A stretch of DNA of 57,455 bases from a virus. This document shows, one piece after another, positions 7,273-15,167 of this stretch. Position 1 is the first letter of the stretch. Each line of letters begins with the position of its first letter. Below the pieces are notes generated by a model. That model did not search any database. It was not told the origin of the DNA and saw only the letters and a program-made list of their open reading frames with translations. Both the position numbers and the translations under genes were made by a program. The stretch spans positions 1 to 57,455 of the IMG/VR virus record IMGVR_UViG_3300044658_000099. One strand, given 5' to 3'.

Positions 7273-7641
7273 TCAGGCCTGGGGCTGGTTGGCGAGTTCG
7301 AGCAGAACGTCGGCGTGGCACGGCATCCCTTCCGGGCACCAGCACATGAGGTCGCGGCCGTGCAGCTTCTGCGCGAAGAACTCGGCCTGCTCGCTGCCAC
7401 CCGGGGTGCGGAACATCGCCCGGAACTCGTCGACGGCGGTCTGCCGGGCTTCCCGCTCGTCGAACACGGTGGCGATCGTGCGTCCGGTCACGCCGGGTGC
7501 GGCGTCGACGAAGACGGCCCAGACCTTGCCGACGCGGGCGATCTGGAACGGGTTGCCGTAGAGGGTGGGGCGGCCGACGTAGACGGCGCCTGCGGGTGCG
7601 CGCCAGCCGAAGACGCGGCGTCGTTGGATGCGGCGCGGCAT
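7273..7641 (-). CDS. DUF4326-domain protein (122 aa)
   Basis: MPRRIQRRRVFGWRAPAGAVYVGRPTLYGNPF...LHGRDLMCWCPEGMPCHADVLLELAN. Only the last 122 aa of the 522-aa ORF are protein-like. Confidence 0.8.
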   Translation of the reverse strand: MPRRIQRRRVFGWRAPAGAVYVGRPTLYGNPFQIARVGKVWAVFVDAAPGVTGRTIATVFDEREARQTAVDEFRAMFRTPGGSEQAEFFAQKLHGRDLMCWCPEGMPCHADVLLELANQPQA

Positions 7642-7970
7642 CACGCCTCCCGGCTGTCGATGTCGTGGATCCAGGCCTGGATGACGGCGCTGCACTGGAT
7701 CAGCTCGGCGCGCAGCTTGGCGGGGTCGGCTTCGGCGAGCGCCTCGTAGACCTCCTCGAGGAGGATCAACGCCCACTCGGGGCCGCTGTGCTGCGCGAGG
7801 AAGCGTTCGACGTCGTCTCGGGCTTCGTCGGCCATGGCGACGTAGTACTCGGCGCCGGTGCCGTCGGGGTGGTGCTGGTCGCCGAACTTCTCCAGCTGGC
7901 GCTGGCGTTCGGCGTCGATCTCCTCGGCAAAGGTGCGGAGGCCGGGGGTGGTGAAGAGGGTGGGGTACAT
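7641..7970 (-). CDS. MazG-like nucleotide pyrophosphohydrolase candidate (109 aa)
   Basis: ...EEIDAERQRQLEKFGDQHHPDG...WALILLEEVYEALAE...ELIQCSAVIQAWI resembles phage all-alpha NTP-PPase/MazG-type proteins. The function is inferred from the motif only. Confidence 0.65.
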   Translation of the reverse strand: MYPTLFTTPGLRTFAEEIDAERQRQLEKFGDQHHPDGTGAEYYVAMADEARDDVERFLAQHSGPEWALILLEEVYEALAEADPAKLRAELIQCSAVIQAWIHDIDSREA

Positions 7971-8015
7971 GGCTGCTCCTGGTGGGCTGGTGTGTGTGGC
8001 GTGGCCGGGGGCGGA

Positions 8016-8603
8016 TCAGGCGTCGGGGTCGACGACGCCGACGCTGGCCCGCAGTTCGTTGTGCTTCTCGTCGTCGCGCAGGCAGAGGATTCGGCCGTCG
8101 GTGAGTTCGTCCCAGCCGTCGCCGACCACGTGGTCCACGGCGTCCGCGGCGGAGGGGAAGTGCATGGTGAACTCGGCTTCGTCGTACTGGTAGCCGCAGA
8201 CGGCGCAGGCGACGGTGACGCAGGTCTTCCGCTCGAATCCGGCAGGCAGTTCGACGGGGGTCTGCCAGACCATGCGGCGGCCGTTCGGCATGGCGTCGTT
8301 GCGGGGGCGGTCGGCGTGCATCTCCTCGTTGCGGTGCGGCTTGAGGGCGCAGACGAACTTGCCGTCGGGGGACGGGACTCCGCATCGACCGGGGATGGGC
8401 TCGGGGCGGTTGTGGTCGGTCCAGAAGCGGACGGCGCGCTCGACGAGGTCGAGGGCCTTGTTGCCGCGTGCGACGGCTGCGTCCCATTCGGGGCTCTCGC
8501 TGGGGAGGTTGGCGGCTGCGCGGACGCTGCGCCGGTAGGTCTTGGTGGGCTCCTCGATCTCGTTCATGAGGGCCATGAGTGCCAGGTGGCGGTTGGTGGT
8601 CAT
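8016..8603 (-). CDS. Hypothetical protein (195 aa)
   Basis: Intact ORF with normal composition and Cys pairs (CAVCGY). Confidence 0.8.
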   Translation of the reverse strand: MTTNRHLALMALMNEIEEPTKTYRRSVRAAANLPSESPEWDAAVARGNKALDLVERAVRFWTDHNRPEPIPGRCGVPSPDGKFVCALKPHRNEEMHADRPRNDAMPNGRRMVWQTPVELPAGFERKTCVTVACAVCGYQYDEAEFTMHFPSAADAVDHVVGDGWDELTDGRILCLRDDEKHNELRASVGVVDPDA

Positions 8604-8617
8604 GGGGTTGGGTCCTT

Positions 8618-10426
8618 TCAGGCGGCGTCGTGTGGTGCGTGGGTGGGTGGGTGGCTGCCGGTGGCGGGGTCGCAGCCGATGTGGGTGTCGTAGCCGCGGT
8701 TGGCCCAGTCGGGGTTGAGGGGTTTGGTGCAGACGGTGCAGAGGGGTTCTGAGGAGGCTTGTGGTTCCGGCGTTCCCTCCCCGTTCCCCCTCTTCGAGGG
8801 GGGAACGGTGGGAACGGGGGGCGTTCCCGGCGTTTCCCCAACGTTTCCGGGAAACGTCTGACCTGCGGTTTCTTCCGTTCCCGCCGCGTTCCGGGAAACG
8901 TTTCCGGGAAACGTCTGTGGGAACGGGTCCGGGAAACGTTCCGGGGAAACGTCGAAACCTGGCATATCGGACCGCGTTTTGCGGCGTCGGACAGCCTCCG
9001 CGATCTTGCTGTTACCGCCCGGCACCTGAAGCTCGGCGAGCTTCTCCCGGACCACCCGGTTGCCCGCGTCGTTCGGGACGCCGGCCCGGTCGAGGGCGGC
9101 GATGATGTGCTCGACGGTGCCCGGCACCGCGGCGAGACCGGTGTCCGCGCTGGGTTCCTCGTCGTACGCCATGAGGAGGTGGCGGGTGCCGCCGAGGGCC
9201 CAGTTGTCGCCGTCGCGGCGGGCCTGGCGGACGATGGAGAAGAAGTCGGGCCCGATACCGGTACGGGTGTGGGTGCGCTTGAGGGCGAGGCTTCCGCCGC
9301 CCTGGGCTGATAGTTCCCACACGTGGTCGACGTCCTGGGTCTTCGCGGAAGAGCCTCGGCCGCCGCGTTCCTTGTCCTTGCCGAAGTGGTCGAGGCGGAC
9401 GGAGCCGATGCGGTCGCGCTTCAGGGGCAGGAGGGTGTGCCGGTAGAGGTTGAGCCAGGTGTCGGCGTCGTTCTCCGGGCCGGAGATGAACCGGGAGACG
9501 GTGTCGATGACGACCAGCTCGGCGCCGGTGGCTTTGACGAGCGCTATGAGGTCGGCCCCACCGCCCGCGGTGTCGAGGGGGCGGATGGGCGGGAAGCTGG
9601 CGTACTTCAGTTCGCCCATGGCGCGCGGTCCGGCGCCGAAGGACAGGAACCGCTCCTGCACCTGCTCCTGCCCGTTCTCGGCGTCGAGGTACAGGATCCG
9701 CACCGGGGGCTGCGGGGCGTCGCCGAGGAACGACTGGCCGGTGGCCATGCGCCACATCCACTCCTGCGTGAACAGGGACTTTCCGGCCTTGCCGTCGCCG
9801 ACGAGGGTGATCTGCTGGCCTGGGCCCATGAGCTTGCCGGGCAGGAGCTGGATGGCGCCGAAGTCGGTGGTGAAGAACTGATCCCAGTTCAGGAGGGAGG
9901 CGACGAGGTGGGCGGGGCCGCGGCCGGTGTTCTCGCGGAGCTGTTCACCCTGCTGGAAGTCGGCGACGAGTGCGGCGAGTTCTTCGCCGTCGGCTTTGCG
10001 GTCGATCGCGGCCTTGAGGGCGGTGGAGTGTTCGTCGTAGCGGCGTTGTCGTGCGGTTTCGGCGATCCGCTCGGCGAACGATGCGGCCATGAGGGGGCTG
10101 ATGGTCTCGGCGCCGAGGCGGTAGATGAGGGCGCCGTTCTCGACGCGGTGGAGCTGGCCCTGCTTTTCCAGTTCGGCGCGCACCAGGGCGGGGTGGCATT
10201 CGTGGCCGGTGGCGTACAGGCCGGTGACGGTGTCCCAGATGAGCTGGTGGGCGGGCTTGTAGAGGTCTTCGCGCTGGATGAGGAGCGAGCACTCGTCGTA
10301 GGCCTGCTTGGAGTGCATGACGACGCCGACGACGAACTCTTCGGCCTCGGCGTCGTGGGGGCTGGTGCGCGTGAGGCCGTCCTGGTCCGCCGGGGTGTCG
10401 CGGGTCATGTGGCGGACGTTGTCCAC
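8618..10426 (-). CDS. Replicative helicase-like protein: DnaB N-terminal domain plus RepA/AAA_25-type ATPase, with low-complexity C-terminal tail (602 aa)
   Basis: DnaB_N-like AEAEEFVVGVVMHSKQAYDE...LYKPAHQLIWDTV..., and Walker A ITLVGDGKAGKS. GTG 10424-10426 with AAGGAGC upstream. Confidence 0.9.
   Translation of the reverse strand: MDNVRHMTRDTPADQDGLTRTSPHDAEAEEFVVGVVMHSKQAYDECSLLIQREDLYKPAHQLIWDTVTGLYATGHECHPALVRAELEKQGQLHRVENGALIYRLGAETISPLMAASFAERIAETARQRRYDEHSTALKAAIDRKADGEELAALVADFQQGEQLRENTGRGPAHLVASLLNWDQFFTTDFGAIQLLPGKLMGPGQQITLVGDGKAGKSLFTQEWMWRMATGQSFLGDAPQPPVRILYLDAENGQEQVQERFLSFGAGPRAMGELKYASFPPIRPLDTAGGGADLIALVKATGAELVVIDTVSRFISGPENDADTWLNLYRHTLLPLKRDRIGSVRLDHFGKDKERGGRGSSAKTQDVDHVWELSAQGGGSLALKRTHTRTGIGPDFFSIVRQARRDGDNWALGGTRHLLMAYDEEPSADTGLAAVPGTVEHIIAALDRAGVPNDAGNRVVREKLAELQVPGGNSKIAEAVRRRKTRSDMPGFDVSPERFPDPFPQTFPGNVSRNAAGTEETAGQTFPGNVGETPGTPPVPTVPPSKRGNGEGTPEPQASSEPLCTVCTKPLNPDWANRGYDTHIGCDPATGSHPPTHAPHDAA
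8761..8960. repeat. Iteron-like cluster of TTCCGGGAAACGT units and CGTTCC/GGAACG half-sites inside the helicase gene 3' end
   Basis: Exact 13-mers at 8845-8857, 8889-8901 and 8902-8914, the last two in direct tandem. Degenerate copies at 8928-8939 and 8940-8952. Each unit contains the dyad TTTCC-G-GGAAA, and there are many more GTTCC/GGAAC motifs at 8763-8927. Confidence 0.6.
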
Positions 10427-10535
10427 GTGCAGGCTCCTTGGTGCAGTAGCGAATGGGGTCAGGGCATGACGGAAAGCGCTGGTCAGGGCGGTCCCCTCCT
10501 GGCCTCATCTGGTTCAGATCTTACCGTCGCCGCAC

Positions 10536-10557
10536 GCAAAATGCATATGCGAAATGC
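10536..10557. promoter_or_regulatory. AT-richer patch with direct repeat GCAAAATGC/GCGAAATGC around palindrome GCATATGC
   Basis: Read directly in the 200-bp divergent region between the helicase operon and the RHH gene. Confidence 0.35.
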
Positions 10558-10626
10558 CACCATGGCGGCGGTGTGGGGAGAGTCGTCATGTCGACTGGAT
10601 GCGGGCAGATCAGCTAGCCTTTTGCC

Positions 10627-10821
10627 ATGGCAGCCCGCGACCCCATGCCGAACCGTGTAGTGCGCGTCTCCGACGAGGACTGGAGTGCGTACCAAGCGGC
10701 GTGTGAGGAGAAGGGCATCTCGCGGTCGGACGACCTGCGCATGTACATCAAGCGTGAGGTCGCGGCGTGGCGGAAGCGCCAGCGCGACATCGGCGCAGCG
10801 GAGAACATCGCGAAGTCCTGA
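10627..10821 (+). CDS. Ribbon-helix-helix (CopG/Arc-like) DNA-binding protein (64 aa)
   Basis: NRVVRVSDEDWSAYQAACEEKGISRSDDLRMYIKREV fits a beta-strand/helix/helix RHH layout. Third-position GC is high, and it is a lone plus-strand gene. Confidence 0.75.
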   Translation: MAARDPMPNRVVRVSDEDWSAYQAACEEKGISRSDDLRMYIKREVAAWRKRQRDIGAAENIAKS

Positions 10822-10823
10822 GG

Positions 10824-11132
10824 TCACCACAGCGCCCCCTTCACCGCCGGCGTCCCCGGAGGGCACCGGTGGTCCACCACATGCGGCCACGGACACGCCG
10901 GGTTGTGCAGGCGCCCGAGGACCTCGACGAGCCGCGCCCCCGTGAACTTGCTCTCCCGCAGGCACCAGGCGAGCCGGTTCGGCTCGACCAGCTGCGCGGC
11001 CGCGGCCGGCGTCAGCCGCTCGGCGTCCGCGGTCACCACGAACGGCAGGCCCTCGTTTTGGCGCAGCACGGCGGCGCCGCACCAGTCACACGACCGGAGC
11101 GACGCGCCCTGGCTCCTGCGGCTGGCCGACAT
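10824..11132 (-). CDS. Hypothetical protein (102 aa)
   Basis: Internal ATG (MSASRRSQGASLRSCDWCGAAVLRQNEG...). Last gene of the long early operon. Confidence 0.7.
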   Translation of the reverse strand: MSASRRSQGASLRSCDWCGAAVLRQNEGLPFVVTADAERLTPAAAAQLVEPNRLAWCLRESKFTGARLVEVLGRLHNPACPWPHVVDHRCPPGTPAVKGALW

Positions 11133-11137
11133 GACGG

Positions 11138-11458
11138 TCAGGCGACCTCGTTGCCCTGCTGGAAGAGGGTTCCGCCGGACGTGCGCCGGTCGTACATCTC
11201 CCGTTGCAGGCCGCGGAGCCGGCCGCCGGTGATCTCGTCGGCGGCCACCTCGATCGACGTGACGCGGAGCTTCACGGTCGGGTTCTTGTCCTCGTCCGGG
11301 CCGGGCTCGGTGCGCTCGACGTGCGCCAGCTCGACGATGGCGATCCACCGGCCGCGGCGCTGCTTGAACATTTCGGTGGCGTGGGGTTCGAGGGCTTCGG
11401 CGACGTCGGTGAGGACTTTGGAGTCGAATTTGACGTCGGCGTCGATGTGCAGGGTCAT
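11138..11458 (-). CDS. Hypothetical protein (106 aa)
   Basis: MTLHIDADVKFDSKVLTDVAEALEPHATEMFKQRRGRWIAIVELAHVE... ATGA overlap with the upstream gene. Confidence 0.75.
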   Translation of the reverse strand: MTLHIDADVKFDSKVLTDVAEALEPHATEMFKQRRGRWIAIVELAHVERTEPGPDEDKNPTVKLRVTSIEVAADEITGGRLRGLQREMYDRRTSGGTLFQQGNEVA

Positions 11459-11661
11459 CGGTGGCTGGTGCCTTTCTGGGTGGTGGTGGCCGGGCATCGG
11501 GCCCGGTGGTCGTGGATGGGGTTCGCGCGGAGGAAGTCGGTGACCTTGTCCCGGCCGCGGACCCGCTCGTGGTGCCAGCAGGCGACGCAGAGCAGGTCGG
11601 CGACCGGGGTTTCGCCGCGGTCGAGGCCGCGAACGGTGAGGCCGCCGACCCAGCCGGTCAC
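11455..11661 (-). CDS. Hypothetical protein (68 aa)
   Basis: VTGWVGGLTVRGLDRGETPVADLLCVACWHHERV... GTGA overlap with the WhiB gene stop. Confidence 0.6.
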   Translation of the reverse strand: MTGWVGGLTVRGLDRGETPVADLLCVACWHHERVRGRDKVTDFLRANPIHDHRARCPATTTQKGTSHR

Positions 11662-12224
11662 GCTGCGAGCTGCTTCGTCGTGCCGGTGCGGCGGAGCCGG
11701 TTGTCTGCGTCCGTGTTCGCCTGACGGCACGGCGCGCAGATCTCCGTCTTCTCCCGCAAGTGGCGCTGGTAGCCGCCGCGGGTGCCGCACTTCGCGGGCT
11801 CCCGCTTCTTCGGCGCCTGCTTGGTGCGCGCTCGCCGTTCAGCGATCGAGGCGGTGTGCGCGGCCCTGCACGCTTCGTCGATCGGCTCGCCATACTTCAC
11901 GTGCCGGTCGTACGCGGACGCCGTGCCGCATTCCGCGCGCGGCCGGCCGCCCTTGCGGGGCTCCGCTTCACCGTCTGAGATGCGGATTCGGAGGATCTTG
12001 CGGCGTTCCTTCTCCGACAGGCCGCCCCACACGCCGATCGGTTCCCGCCGGTCGATCGCGGCCTGGCCGCAGGCGAGCCGGACCGGGCAGCGGAAGCAGA
12101 CGGCCTTGGCGCGGTGGGTCTGCTTCTTGGCCTCGGGGCCGTTGCCTCTGGGGAAGAACAGGTCGGGGTCTTCGGTCCGGCAGGCGGCTTTGGCGTGCCA
12201 GTCGGGGAACGGGGACTGAGTCAT
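11658..12224 (-). CDS. whiB: WhiB-family (Wbl) protein fused to a C-terminal extension with two CGT..Y.RH...C..C repeats (188 aa)
   Basis: PDWHAKAACRTEDPDLFFP...AKAVCFRCPVRLACGQAA...GVWGGLSEKERR is the Wbl four-Cys signature plus the GVWGG turn. ATGA overlap upstream. Confidence 0.85.
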   Translation of the reverse strand: MTQSPFPDWHAKAACRTEDPDLFFPRGNGPEAKKQTHRAKAVCFRCPVRLACGQAAIDRREPIGVWGGLSEKERRKILRIRISDGEAEPRKGGRPRAECGTASAYDRHVKYGEPIDEACRAAHTASIAERRARTKQAPKKREPAKCGTRGGYQRHLREKTEICAPCRQANTDADNRLRRTGTTKQLAA

Positions 12225-12790
12225 GCCGCCACCTCCGGGGCGATTCCATGAGGCGTGGCCTCCGGGTTGTCGATGTCGTCCCACGCCAGTGCCGGCACCC
12301 AGCCGTTGCGGGCTGCGACCGTGCGTGTCCGCCGGGATGGCCCGGGTGTTGCCCACAGGGCGCGGAACACCTTGTCGATGGCCTCGGCCTGCTGGCGTGG
12401 GATGCGCTTGCGGCGTCCGGCCATGAGTTCGTTGACCTGCGTGCCCTGCATGCCTGCGGCCGTGCCGATGTGGGCGATGGGCCAGCCCATGACGGCGAGG
12501 GCCTGGATGCGGCGCATCGCGCCGACCGCGGGCACTCGATTGGGGGCGTTGCTCGGGGAGAGGGCGAGGATGACGGTGGCGGTGTGCCGGTGGACGCGGG
12601 GGTGGGCGGTTGTGACGATGTTGCGGACGGTGCGCCGGTCGACCTGGGCCGCGGCGGCGATCTCGGGTTCGGTCCATCCGCCGGCCTTGAGAGCGGTGAC
12701 GTGGCGGGCGACGAGGGTGGTGGGGACGTAGCCGGAGATGCCGCGGGCGAGGCGGAGGCGGCGTGCCTTGTCGGCGCGGTCGACGGTCAT
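12221..12790 (-). CDS. Multi-HTH DNA-binding protein (189 aa)
   Basis: MTVDRADKARRLRLARGISGYVP...EPEIAAAAQVDRRTVRNIV...GWPIAHIGTAAGMQGTQVNELMAG... contains repeated HTH-like segments. Confidence 0.75.
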   Translation of the reverse strand: MTVDRADKARRLRLARGISGYVPTTLVARHVTALKAGGWTEPEIAAAAQVDRRTVRNIVTTAHPRVHRHTATVILALSPSNAPNRVPAVGAMRRIQALAVMGWPIAHIGTAAGMQGTQVNELMAGRRKRIPRQQAEAIDKVFRALWATPGPSRRTRTVAARNGWVPALAWDDIDNPEATPHGIAPEVAA

Positions 12791-13386
12791 CGGGTGGTCA
12801 CCGCCTCGCGGTCCGGCCACTGGCAGCCCGCCAGCGCCTCCCGATGCCGCTCCGGAACCTCCGCCAGCGGGAACCCCAGCCAGGCGTAGCCCGCCGCGGC
12901 GAGCGCGAACCCGTCGCACTCGTCGTTCGCGGCCGGCCCCGCGAAGGTCCGCCCGTACCAGCGCTCGGCCGCCTCCCGCATCCCCGCCTTGGAGGCCTTT
13001 CCGTACCCGGCGAAGAACAACTTCAGCGACGACGGCGGGACGATCGCGTACGGGATCTCCCGGCGCCACAGCCAGTGCTGCACCATCACTCGCAGCCCGG
13101 CGAGTTCCTCGTGGCCGCCCTGTCCGGCGTGCCCGTAGGAGGGACCTTCGAGGACCACGAAGTCGGCGACGCGCAGGAACGAGCCGATCTCCTGCATGAG
13201 GAACGCGAGCCGGGGGTGGCCGCGCATCGAGTCCTTGGTGCGGACGTTGTCGGTCCAATCGGCGGAGCCGAGCCCGGTGGATTTCAGGGAGAGGTCGGCG
13301 CCTATGACCAGGGGGCGGGGCCCGGCCGCCGCGGGGGCGACCGGGACCACGGTGTCAGGGGTGAAGAGGGTGGGCGCGGTGGTCAC
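12787..13386 (-). CDS. RuvC-like Holliday-junction resolvase (199 aa)
   Basis: LVIGADLSLKSTGLG... and ...NDECDGFALAAAG match RuvC-like catalytic Asp motifs. GTGA overlap upstream. Confidence 0.8.
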   Translation of the reverse strand: MTTAPTLFTPDTVVPVAPAAAGPRPLVIGADLSLKSTGLGSADWTDNVRTKDSMRGHPRLAFLMQEIGSFLRVADFVVLEGPSYGHAGQGGHEELAGLRVMVQHWLWRREIPYAIVPPSSLKLFFAGYGKASKAGMREAAERWYGRTFAGPAANDECDGFALAAAGYAWLGFPLAEVPERHREALAGCQWPDREAVTTR

Positions 13387-13667
13387 GCCTGCTCTCCCTT
13401 CTGCTCGTCGATGGCGGCCCGCAGCCGGTCGAGACCGGCCGCCAGGTCGTCGGAGTCCGGGTCGTAGGCGGGCAGCGACCACAGGAGTTCGCACGCGTCC
13501 TGGGCCGCCACGTTGGTGCCGGGCCGGGTGTCGATGACCGGGCCCGTGGACCGGGGCGCGGCCGGGGCCGGGCCGGGCTCGGCGTCGGACCGCGCGGCGC
13601 GGCGGATCTGCCACACCACGACCGGGATCGACGCCACGAGAATCCCGGCGAAGAGAGGCCAGTTCAC
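13383..13667 (-). CDS. Membrane protein (94 aa)
   Basis: VNWPLFAGILVASIPVVVWQIRR..., with GGGAGG 6 nt upstream of GTG 13665-13667. Confidence 0.65.
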   Translation of the reverse strand: MNWPLFAGILVASIPVVVWQIRRAARSDAEPGPAPAAPRSTGPVIDTRPGTNVAAQDACELLWSLPAYDPDSDDLAAGLDRLRAAIDEQKGEQA

Positions 13668-13861
13668 TGCGCGCCTCCCGGGACGACGAGGTGGCCCTCG
13701 GTGCACGTGTGGGAGCCGTCGGCGTGCACGACCGCCGCGGTCTCCACGCCGCAGGGCGGGCAGAACCGGAAGTCCTGGTCGACGGCCGCACCGTGCGGGC
13801 GCGGGGCCTGGCGTCGGTGCTGGCCGTAGTGGGAGACGAGCGCTCGGTAGGTGAGCTTCAC
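13664..13861 (-). CDS. Small zinc-ribbon-like protein (65 aa)
   Basis: ...FRFCPPCGVETAAVVHADGSHTCTEGH... GTGA overlaps at both ends. Confidence 0.65.
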   Translation of the reverse strand: MKLTYRALVSHYGQHRRQAPRPHGAAVDQDFRFCPPCGVETAAVVHADGSHTCTEGHLVVPGGAQ

Positions 13862-14421
13862 GACAGGACCCCCTTCGGCTTGCGGCCCTCCGCCCGCGCG
13901 AGCCGCTCCTCCAACGCCACACAGCGGTCCAGCGCGCGCCGCAGGTCGACCGCCGGATGCGTCGGCCGCCAGCTCCCGCCGTCAACGGGCCGCTTCTCCA
14001 GCTCGACGGGCGCCGTCCACGCGTCGCGGGCCTTGACGCGCTTCTCCCACTGCTCGATGGCCTTGCGGTCGGCCTCATCGCCGAGGGCCTGCTGGTGGTT
14101 GGAGCGGTGCTGCTCGAGCGCGTACGCGGCGAGGAGCCGCTTCCCGGCCTTCTGCAGGCGGGCTACGCGCCGTTCGAGGCTGGCCGCGTACTCGGGGTCG
14201 GCTTCGGCGCACTGCGAGAGGCGGCGGCCGAGCTCAAGGTTGCGGTCGGCCAGGCGCCGGTTCGCGGTGTCCGCGCTGGCGAGCTGGCCCAAGACCTGCT
14301 GCCGGTTGAAGACCGCGGTATTCCGCTCTTCCTCGAACTGGTCGCGCTCGGCGCGGAGTCGTGCGTTCTCCGCGCGCAGGCCGGCGTTCTCGCGGCGTTC
14401 CCTGCGTCCGAAGAGACTCAT
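13858..14421 (-). CDS. Coiled-coil protein (187 aa)
   Basis: MSLFGRRERRENAGLRAENARLRAERDQFEEERN... has a heptad-like composition. ATGA overlap upstream. Confidence 0.75.
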   Translation of the reverse strand: MSLFGRRERRENAGLRAENARLRAERDQFEEERNTAVFNRQQVLGQLASADTANRRLADRNLELGRRLSQCAEADPEYAASLERRVARLQKAGKRLLAAYALEQHRSNHQQALGDEADRKAIEQWEKRVKARDAWTAPVELEKRPVDGGSWRPTHPAVDLRRALDRCVALEERLARAEGRKPKGVLS

Positions 14422-15167
14422 GCCGCACCCCCACGCTGCGCCGGGATCAGCGGCCAAGAGCCGTCGATCACCTTGTTCGGGTCGCCCCCCTGCTCCGGCG
14501 TCGCCTTCGTCCGGAACCACTCCTGCAACCCGGCCTGCTGCTCCGCCCGCCACGCCTTCTGCGCCGCGAACAACTGCTGCGGCCCCATCGAGTTGAGCTG
14601 CGGGTACTTCGCGAACTGCGCCTCCGCGACCAGCAGCGCGGCGAGCGCGTCCGCCTCCGCGGTGTGCCAGTCCTCGAGCTGGACGCCGTACCGCTCGGCG
14701 GTCGGCTTCAGCTTCCGCTGCCCGGAACCGCGGAGCCGCTGGAGGCACTGCTTGTCGATGACGTGCGGGTCCACCAGCGTCAGCGGGCGCAGGCCCACTC
14801 GTTCCTCGACCGTCGGCAGGCCGTTGCGGATGAGGTCGTAGTGGAGGATCGTCCAGTCGAAGCTGTGGTTGAACGCGATGAGCGGCATGCCCCAGGTGAT
14901 GGCGCTGGCCAGGTTGGCGGCGATCTCGTCGAGGGCAGTCTTCGGGTCCTGGCCTCGCTCCTGGGCAACCTGGTCGTCGATGCCGTGGACGGCGGTCGCG
15001 CTGGCCGGGATGGGGACGCCGGGGTTGATCAGCCAGGAGAAGACGCGGTCTTCTCGGCCGCCGCCGCGGACGATGAACGCGGCGGTGACGATGCGGTCTT
15101 CGAGCGGGTTGGGGCCGGTGGTCTCGGTGTCCCAGGCGGCTTTGCGGACGTCGGCGAACGTGGTCAC
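14418..15167 (-). CDS. DnaQ-like DEDDh 3'-5' exonuclease (249 aa)
   Basis: AWDTETTG (Exo I), IAFNHSFDW (Exo II) and WHTAEADALA (Exo III, H-x4-D). Confidence 0.85.
   Translation of the reverse strand: MTTFADVRKAAWDTETTGPNPLEDRIVTAAFIVRGGGREDRVFSWLINPGVPIPASATAVHGIDDQVAQERGQDPKTALDEIAANLASAITWGMPLIAFNHSFDWTILHYDLIRNGLPTVEERVGLRPLTLVDPHVIDKQCLQRLRGSGQRKLKPTAERYGVQLEDWHTAEADALAALLVAEAQFAKYPQLNSMGPQQLFAAQKAWRAEQQAGLQEWFRTKATPEQGGDPNKVIDGSWPLIPAQRGGAA

Noticed and set aside
7642-8841. The 5' 400 codons of the 522-aa ORF 7273..8841
   Set aside because: Composition is extremely P/R/T-rich, and it overlaps two well-formed genes (7641..7970, 8016..8603) in other frames. Only the last 122 aa (DUF4326) look real.
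8761-8960. The TTCCGGGAAACGT repeats as a mini-CRISPR array or a tandem-repeat assembly artefact
   Set aside because: The units are 13 bp, partly contiguous with no spacers, palindromic, and kept in frame inside an otherwise intact 602-aa ORF. An iteron or operator interpretation fits better.
8618-10426. Calling the helicase a primase-helicase or DNA polymerase
   Set aside because: I could not see TOPRIM, primase zinc-finger or polymerase motifs. Only the DnaB N-terminal and RecA-like ATPase signatures are visible.
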